IMG/VR virus record: IMGVR_UViG_3300035696_001556
Location: 1 to 64,000 of that record
Strand: one strand, 5' to 3'
DNA from: a virus
DNA length: 64,000 nt
The position numbers and the translations under genes are program-made. Every line of letters starts with the position of its first letter. Position 1 is the stretch's first letter. This document shows positions 58,963-64,000 of the stretch, one piece after another. Under the pieces are notes generated by a model that was given only the letters and a program-made list of their open reading frames with translations, was not told where the DNA came from and made no database searches.

Positions 58963-60183
58963 ATGATAAATCGAGGATATAGAGTAGAAATAAAACCCAA
59001 CAACAAACAAAAGACTTTATTAAATAAGGCTTTTGGCGTGGCTCGCTTTGCCTATAATTGGGGCTTAGCGAGGCGTATAGAACTCTACAAAAATGAAAAG
59101 AAATCTTTGTCTGCTATAGATCAACACAAAGAATTGTGTATTCTTAAAAAAGAACAATTTCCTTGGATGTATGAAGTTTCAAAATGCGTTCCCCAAGAGG
59201 CTTTAATAGACTTAGAGGATGCATATAATAAGTTTTATAAATCTAATAAAAATTTTAGGTATCCTAAATTCAAAACCAAACACAAATCAAAAGATTCTTT
59301 TAGAGTATCTTCTGGAAATTTTTATATAACTGAATCTTCTATAAAGATACCAAAAATAGGACAAATAAAACTAAAAGAAAAGAGATATATACCAACAGCA
59401 GGTATAAAGTATAACTCAATCACAGTATCTAAAGACGCAAATAAATATTTTGTGTCCGTCCAGTGTGAAGTAGAAACCCCAGGTGTTACTGAGAAAAAAG
59501 AAACAGTTCTGGGTATTGATTTGGGGATAAAAACTTTACTTGTTTGCTCAAACGGTGAAATTTTTGATAACCCCAAAACAACCTATAAATATGAGAAAAA
59601 ACTGGCTCATGCCCAGAAAAACTTCAGTAGAACTAAAAAAGGATCTAAAAACAGAACCAAAGCCAATTTGAAAGTTCAAAAAATATACAGAAAAATTAAA
59701 AATAGTCGCATGAATAATCTTCACAGAGCTACCAGTGCCGTGGTGAAAACCAAGCCAAGATACATAGTTCTTGAAGATTTAAATGTAAAGGGTATGACTA
59801 AGAATCATCATTTAGCTAAAGCTGTTTCAGATGGATCTTTTGGGGAAATCTATAGGCAATTTAAATATAAAGCTTTATGGTATGGTTCTGAGATCATTGA
59901 CGCAGATAGATTCTATCCTAGTTCCAAATTATGTAGAAAGTGTGGACAGATTAAGGATGATTTAACCCTAGAGGATAGAGTCTATACCTGTGAGTGTGGC
60001 CATACCGAAGACAGAGATTTAAATGCGTCTATTAATTTAGAGGAATATGGTTTGAATACCCTCAGTTCGAGGGGAATTAAAGCCTGTGGAGAAAGTGTAA
60101 GACTTTTAGATGCTATTGATCTAGAAGCAGTTTCTACGAACCAGGAAGAAAACAATACAACTAATTTAGTTAGTTGTATATAA
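58963..60183 (+). CDS. tnpB: TnpB RNA-guided endonuclease (IS607-like)
   Basis: AFGVARFAYNWGL; RuvC motifs GIDLG, LEDLN, DRDLNAS; CRKC/CECG. Confidence 0.95.
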   Translation: MINRGYRVEIKPNNKQKTLLNKAFGVARFAYNWGLARRIELYKNEKKSLSAIDQHKELCILKKEQFPWMYEVSKCVPQEALIDLEDAYNKFYKSNKNFRYPKFKTKHKSKDSFRVSSGNFYITESSIKIPKIGQIKLKEKRYIPTAGIKYNSITVSKDANKYFVSVQCEVETPGVTEKKETVLGIDLGIKTLLVCSNGEIFDNPKTTYKYEKKLAHAQKNFSRTKKGSKNRTKANLKVQKIYRKIKNSRMNNLHRATSAVVKTKPRYIVLEDLNVKGMTKNHHLAKAVSDGSFGEIYRQFKYKALWYGSEIIDADRFYPSSKLCRKCGQIKDDLTLEDRVYTCECGHTEDRDLNASINLEEYGLNTLSSRGIKACGESVRLLDAIDLEAVSTNQEENNTTNLVSCI

Positions 60184-60217
60184 GTTTTTCAGAACGGAGG
60201 ACCAGGTAGATTATATG
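60055..60217 (+). ncRNA. Putative omegaRNA (scaffold ending ...gtttttcagaacgg at 60197; guide 60198-60217)
   Basis: IS607-like right-end pattern (gcctgtggaga...caggaa...gtttt.cagaacgg) overlapping the tnpB 3' end; 5' boundary approximate. Confidence 0.7.
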
Positions 60218-60331
60218 CCTGGCATTGATGACGAGGATAATCGACTTCGTTTCTCTATAGAGTTGGTGTTAGATATCGAGGACGATGAAGTAGCACCAGG
60301 GGATAAAGAAGAGCCAAAAACTAAGGAGTAA
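60197..60331 (+). pseudogene. Displaced original 3' end of the 58436 gene
   Basis: Translates EDQVDYMPGIDDEDNRLRFSIELVLDIEDDEVAPGDKEEPKTKE*; 21 of the first 28 aa are identical to the tail starting at 58820. Confidence 0.88.
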
Positions 60332-60337
60332 AATACA

Positions 60338-61621
60338 ATGAGCTTTATTGGACAGGGATTAACAGGTTTATCTCTTTATGCCAGCGTCACAGGATTAGTT
60401 TCTGGATATACTGGATATGGCGAACACGGTCTTACTGGTTTTTTCTATACTGAAGATGGTTCAGATGTAGGGAATACTGGTCTGTGGCGTATTAAGGGTT
60501 CAAAAGTGGTATCTGGAGACTCCTTTGAAGTTACAGGAGTTTCTGCCGAATATGTCTCTTCGCTTACCATTACTAACGATGGTAATGGATCAGCAACAGG
60601 ACCTAGTGTTGTAATAGATGGTGTGGCAACTCCTATCCTTGCCGTTCCAAATACTAATTATCAGTTTGCGCAATGGCTAGGTATCAGCGGAGCTATGTCC
60701 TTCAGCAGTCCTACAGGAGCTTCTTCCAATGTTACAGTTACTGGTGGAGACGCCACAATAGAAGGTACTTTTAAGTACCTTACATATTCATTGACGATAA
60801 CTAATGATGGTCACGGATCAGCCACAGGTCCTAGTACTGTAAACAGTGGCGTAGCAACCCCTATTCTTGCTGTTCCCAACGCCAACTACAGCTTCGCACA
60901 ATGGTTAGGTATCAGTGGAACTTCAACTTTCAGCAATCCTACTGGTGCTTCTAGTAATGTGACGGTCGTTGGCGGAAATGCCACCATAGAAGCTACCTTC
61001 AATCATAACACATATCTTCTCACAATGGCCAATGACGGAAACGGTACAACCGTTCCGACTACTGAAATAGTCTGGTCTGCTACAGGTATTAATGTTCTCG
61101 GTGTCCCAAATCCTGGTTATAGCTTCAATCAATGGGGGGTCACTGGAGGTGTAGTCCTTAGTGGTGCCACTGGATCTTTTGCTGTTGCAACGCTTACTGG
61201 CAATGCTACAGTAACAGCTACTTTTAGTAACAACACGTACACACTGACTATGGCTAATGATGGAAACGGTACAACTGTTCCATCTGGGGCTACAGGAGTA
61301 TTGTCTCACACACCTTTTAATATTTCTGCAGAACCAAGTGCAGACTATGTATTCAGCAATTGGACAGTTGCAGGGGATGCAGTAGTAGCTTCTCCAACAT
61401 CAGTTGTGACTACAGTACAACTTATAGACAGTAGTGATACAGTTACAGCTCATTTCACATTTTCGCAAGCTCGTGAAGGTCCTAATTTTAATACCAGAGA
61501 TTGGGACAGATCAAAACCAGATTTCTTTCAGGCAAATCCATATGCAGGTCAAATAGCACAGATTTGGGATAATCCAAGAGACGGTGAACGTGTCGCAGAA
61601 GAACGTCAGTATCAAGAGTAA
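60338..61621 (+). CDS. Divergent InlB B-repeat (Flg_new-like) surface/virion protein
   Basis: Four ~75-aa repeats LT.TNDG.G......I.A.PN..Y.F..W...A.I.ATF. Confidence 0.75.
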   Translation: MSFIGQGLTGLSLYASVTGLVSGYTGYGEHGLTGFFYTEDGSDVGNTGLWRIKGSKVVSGDSFEVTGVSAEYVSSLTITNDGNGSATGPSVVIDGVATPILAVPNTNYQFAQWLGISGAMSFSSPTGASSNVTVTGGDATIEGTFKYLTYSLTITNDGHGSATGPSTVNSGVATPILAVPNANYSFAQWLGISGTSTFSNPTGASSNVTVVGGNATIEATFNHNTYLLTMANDGNGTTVPTTEIVWSATGINVLGVPNPGYSFNQWGVTGGVVLSGATGSFAVATLTGNATVTATFSNNTYTLTMANDGNGTTVPSGATGVLSHTPFNISAEPSADYVFSNWTVAGDAVVASPTSVVTTVQLIDSSDTVTAHFTFSQAREGPNFNTRDWDRSKPDFFQANPYAGQIAQIWDNPRDGERVAEERQYQE

Positions 61622-61644
61622 GAAAACTTAACAAGGAGGATTTT

Positions 61645-61785
61645 ATGTCTACACCCGCAGATGGCCCAGATGTTTATAAGCCGCATGTAGATATCAATGG
61701 ACCAGCAATAACAACGATACGTAACGAAGTTACCACGAAGAGTGGAACCGTTATGGGTCAAAAAGAAGACTACATGGTCAATTAA
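61645..61785 (+). CDS. Small hypothetical protein (46 aa, not in the ORF track)
   Basis: Strong aaggagga RBS; MSTPADGPDVYKPHVDING... Confidence 0.55.
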   Translation: MSTPADGPDVYKPHVDINGPAITTIRNEVTTKSGTVMGQKEDYMVN

Positions 61786-61814
61786 TGAATTAGACCTAAA
61801 TCGTTCTTAAGAAG

Positions 61815-61846
61815 AGCCGAAGGACAGAGATGTCTTTCGGTTTTTT
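61815..61846 (+). terminator. Intrinsic terminator
   Basis: agccgaaggaca-gaga-tgtctttcggtt followed by a T run. Confidence 0.8.
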
Positions 61847-61848
61847 AT

Positions 61849-61866
61849 TGATAGTCTATTAATAAA
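61849..61866 (+). promoter_or_regulatory. 18-bp conserved intergenic motif
   Basis: tgatagtctattaataaa. Confidence 0.55.
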
Positions 61867-61904
61867 ATACCATATATAAATAAAGAAATCACAAAAAGGG
61901 ATAA

Positions 61905-62171
61905 TGGTGGCTACATATAGGTACAGGAACAGGCGCATGGGGAGCGGCTTCTGGCGGTTCCATGTCAGCAAACGGTGCACCTTTCTCATGTACTGTAAGT
62001 GCTGCAGGTACAATAGCACAATTTACTGTTTATGACTGTAATGGTAATCCAGTCTTTTCTGGAAGTGTTACATTGACAGGATCAGGTGGGGATATTCAAC
62101 TGTCATCTGTCACTTATAATGTAGGTGACACCATAGACATAACAAGTTTAACTTACACGGCACCAAATTAA
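61905..62171 (+). pseudogene. C-terminal part of a small virion beta-protein, apparently 5'-truncated or frameshifted
   Basis: The frame stays open upstream of the ATG at 61962 (IGTGTGAWGAASGGS) up to a TAA. The ATG at 61904, which has an RBS, is in another frame. Confidence 0.45.
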
Positions 62172-62197
62172 AATATGACCCTCCAAGGCGGTGAAGT

Positions 62198-64000
62198 ATG
62201 AAAACATTAGATCCTTCAGGGATTACTGGGCCTAATTTTCCATACCCTCCAACAAATGGTCAGATATTCGTTGATGAGACCGTAATCCCTCCCGTTACAT
62301 ATGTGTTCAATGCATTTAGAGAAGCATGGTATACATTTAGTGTAGAAGAGAATGCATGGATCATAGCGTATCAAGTATATACTTTTACTGGACCTATTGG
62401 CATACAGGGAATAACTGGATCTGATGGAGTTACTGGATCAATTGGAGTTCAGGGTGTCACAGGTTCTGAAGGAATTACAGGGCCTTCTGGATATGGTATA
62501 AGCGGAGTAACAGGTCAAAGTGGAATCACCGGATCAATAGGAATTCAAGGTATAACTGGCCAAAGCGGAATAACAGGATCAGTTGGAATTACAGGAAGTC
62601 AGGGAACGCAAGGAATAACTGGACCTAGTGGAATTACAGGCCCAAGTGGAGTTACAGGATCTACTGCTCCTACAGGAATTCAAGGAATAACTGGACCTAC
62701 AGGAAATCAAGGTATAACTGGATCAAATGGAATAACAGGTTCTGTCGGAATAACTGGATCTATTGGAATAACAGGTTCTGTCGGAGTAACTGGATCTTTT
62801 GGGATAACTGGATCTGGTGGGATAACTGGATCTGGTGGGATAACTGGATCTACTGCTCCTACAGGAATTCAGGGTATAACTGGATTTCAGGGAATTACTG
62901 GAACTGTTGGAATACAAGGTACAACTGGCACAAATGGAGTAACTGGATCAGTAGGGATAACAGGATCGGTAGGAATCACTGGGACTGGTGGAATAACAGG
63001 TTCTACTGCACCTACGGGGATTCAAGGTATAACTGGAAATAAAGGAGTACAAGGGGATACCGGATCTAATGGAATTACTGGTTCTGTTGGAGTTACTGGT
63101 TCTGTTGGAGTTACTGGTTCTGTTGGAGTTACTGGTTCTATTGGAATAACAGGTTCTACTGCACCTACGGGGATTCAAGGTATAACTGGAAATAAAGGAG
63201 TACAAGGGGATACCGGAAATAATGGAGTAACTGGATCTGTTGGAGTGACTGGATCTGTAGGAGTAACAGGTTCAGTAGGAATAACTGGTTCAACTGCACC
63301 TACTGGGGTTCAAGGAATAACTGGACCAACTGGAATACAAGGTATAGCTGGATCTAATGGAGTAACTGGATCAGTTGGATTAACTGGATCAGCTGGGGTT
63401 ACCGGCTCTATAGGAGTAACTGGCTCGATAGCACCTACAGGAATTCAAGGTATAACTGGACCTACTGGAATTCAAGGTATAACTGGAAATAACGGAGTAA
63501 CTGGATCTGTTGGAATTACAGGTTCAACTGCTACTACTGGAATTCAAGGTATAACTGGATTCCAGGGAATTACAGGATCTGTTGGAATACAAGGAATAAC
63601 TGGTCAAAATGGTATTACAGGTTCAGTTGGAGTAACTGGATCAGTTGGAATAACGGGATCTAGTGGAATAACCGGTTCAACAGCACCTACAGGAATTCAA
63701 GGTATAACTGGATTACAAGGAATTACTGGAACAGTTGGAATACAAGGAATAACTGGACAAAATGGAATAACTGGATCAACAGGTATTACAGGATCTGTTG
63801 GAGTCACTGGGTCACTTGGAATAACAGGATCAACTGCTCCGACTGGAGTTCAAGGTATAACTGGTACTAAAGGAATTCAAGGAGATACTGGCCCTAATGG
63901 AGTAACAGGCTCTGTTGGAGTTACCGGGTCAGTCGGAGTTACTGGCTCTGCTGGAATAACAGGTTCAACTGCTCCTACTGGAATTCAAGGTATAACTGGA
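62198..64000 (+). CDS. Collagen-like fibre protein (Gly-X-Thr repeats), incomplete at the window edge
   Basis: MKTLDPSGITGPNFPYPPTNGQIF..., then Gly-X-Y from 62390 (GIT GSV GVT GIQ) with no stop before 64000. Confidence 0.9.
   Translation, partial: MKTLDPSGITGPNFPYPPTNGQIFVDETVIPPVTYVFNAFREAWYTFSVEENAWIIAYQVYTFTGPIGIQGITGSDGVTGSIGVQGVTGSEGITGPSGYGISGVTGQSGITGSIGIQGITGQSGITGSVGITGSQGTQGITGPSGITGPSGVTGSTAPTGIQGITGPTGNQGITGSNGITGSVGITGSIGITGSVGVTGSFGITGSGGITGSGGITGSTAPTGIQGITGFQGITGTVGIQGTTGTNGVTGSVGITGSVGITGTGGITGSTAPTGIQGITGNKGVQGDTGSNGITGSVGVTGSVGVTGSVGVTGSIGITGSTAPTGIQGITGNKGVQGDTGNNGVTGSVGVTGSVGVTGSVGITGSTAPTGVQGITGPTGIQGIAGSNGVTGSVGLTGSAGVTGSIGVTGSIAPTGIQGITGPTGIQGITGNNGVTGSVGITGSTATTGIQGITGFQGITGSVGIQGITGQNGITGSVGVTGSVGITGSSGITGSTAPTGIQGITGLQGITGTVGIQGITGQNGITGSTGITGSVGVTGSLGITGSTAPTGVQGITGTKGIQGDTGPNGVTGSVGVTGSVGVTGSAGITGSTAPTGIQGITG
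62390..64000 (+). repeat. 9/18-bp coding tandem repeats with 99-189-bp higher-order units
   Basis: ggaataactggatc / ggagttactggttctgtt units; an identical ~75-bp block recurs 153 bp apart near 62990 and 63143. Confidence 0.9.

Noticed and set aside
58949-60197. IStron (group I intron + TnpB) explanation for the 58963 element
   Set aside because: There is no room for an intron core: only 14 bp separate the upstream stop from tnpB, and the upstream gene is already complete.
58820-60331. DGR-like template/variable repeat pair
   Set aside because: Differences are not adenine-specific, many are synonymous or conservative, and no RT is nearby.
62390-64000. Regular repeats resembling a CRISPR array or satellite; minus-strand ORFs 62723-63205
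   Set aside because: The repeats are in-frame Gly-X-Y codons with no unique spacers; the minus ORFs are shadows of the collagen gene.
1-64000. Stop-codon reassignment, tRNA, rRNA, CRISPR-Cas, reverse transcriptase/DGR
   Set aside because: Genes are full length in the standard code and end in TAA, TAG and TGA. I recognised no cloverleaf, repeat-spacer array or RT motif by eye, though a covariance search was not run.

Overview
This is a 64-kb segment of a large tailed dsDNA phage (jumbo-type Caudoviricetes). It uses the standard genetic code and is almost entirely on the + strand. 0.4-12.4 kb is a replication/transcription module: HolA- and DnaX-like clamp-loader subunits, Toprim primase, 5'-3' exonuclease, NusG paralog and a sigma-70 region-4 protein. 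14.4-64 kb is a morphogenesis module: terminase large subunit, portal (intein), prohead protease (intein), scaffold, decoration protein, major capsid protein, a 1796-aa multi-domain glycosyltransferase (intein), InlB-B-repeat protein and a Gly-X-Thr collagen-like fibre running off the right edge. The window carries many selfish nucleases: three TnpB, one IscB, the left end of a further IS605-type element, three LAGLIDADG inteins, a LAGLIDADG-methyltransferase fusion and a destroyed Vsr-like endonuclease, but no TnpA transposase. The strongest candidate for a new system is OMEGA nucleases acting as gene-repairing, RNA-guided homing endonucleases. The TnpB at 58963 has no transposon left end. 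It is preceded instead by a recoded copy of the 3' end of the gene its guide matches, while the displaced original 3' end lies downstream and supplies the guide. The IscB at 27021 appears to show the mirror-image arrangement, on weaker evidence. Other signals are an 18-bp intergenic motif (probable phage late promoter), recurrent K/R-x-A motifs in head proteins, widespread G-x-T-G motifs in virion proteins, and an NDT-like/2H-phosphodiesterase (Acb1-like) multidomain protein. All family assignments come from motif recognition by eye; no searches were run.
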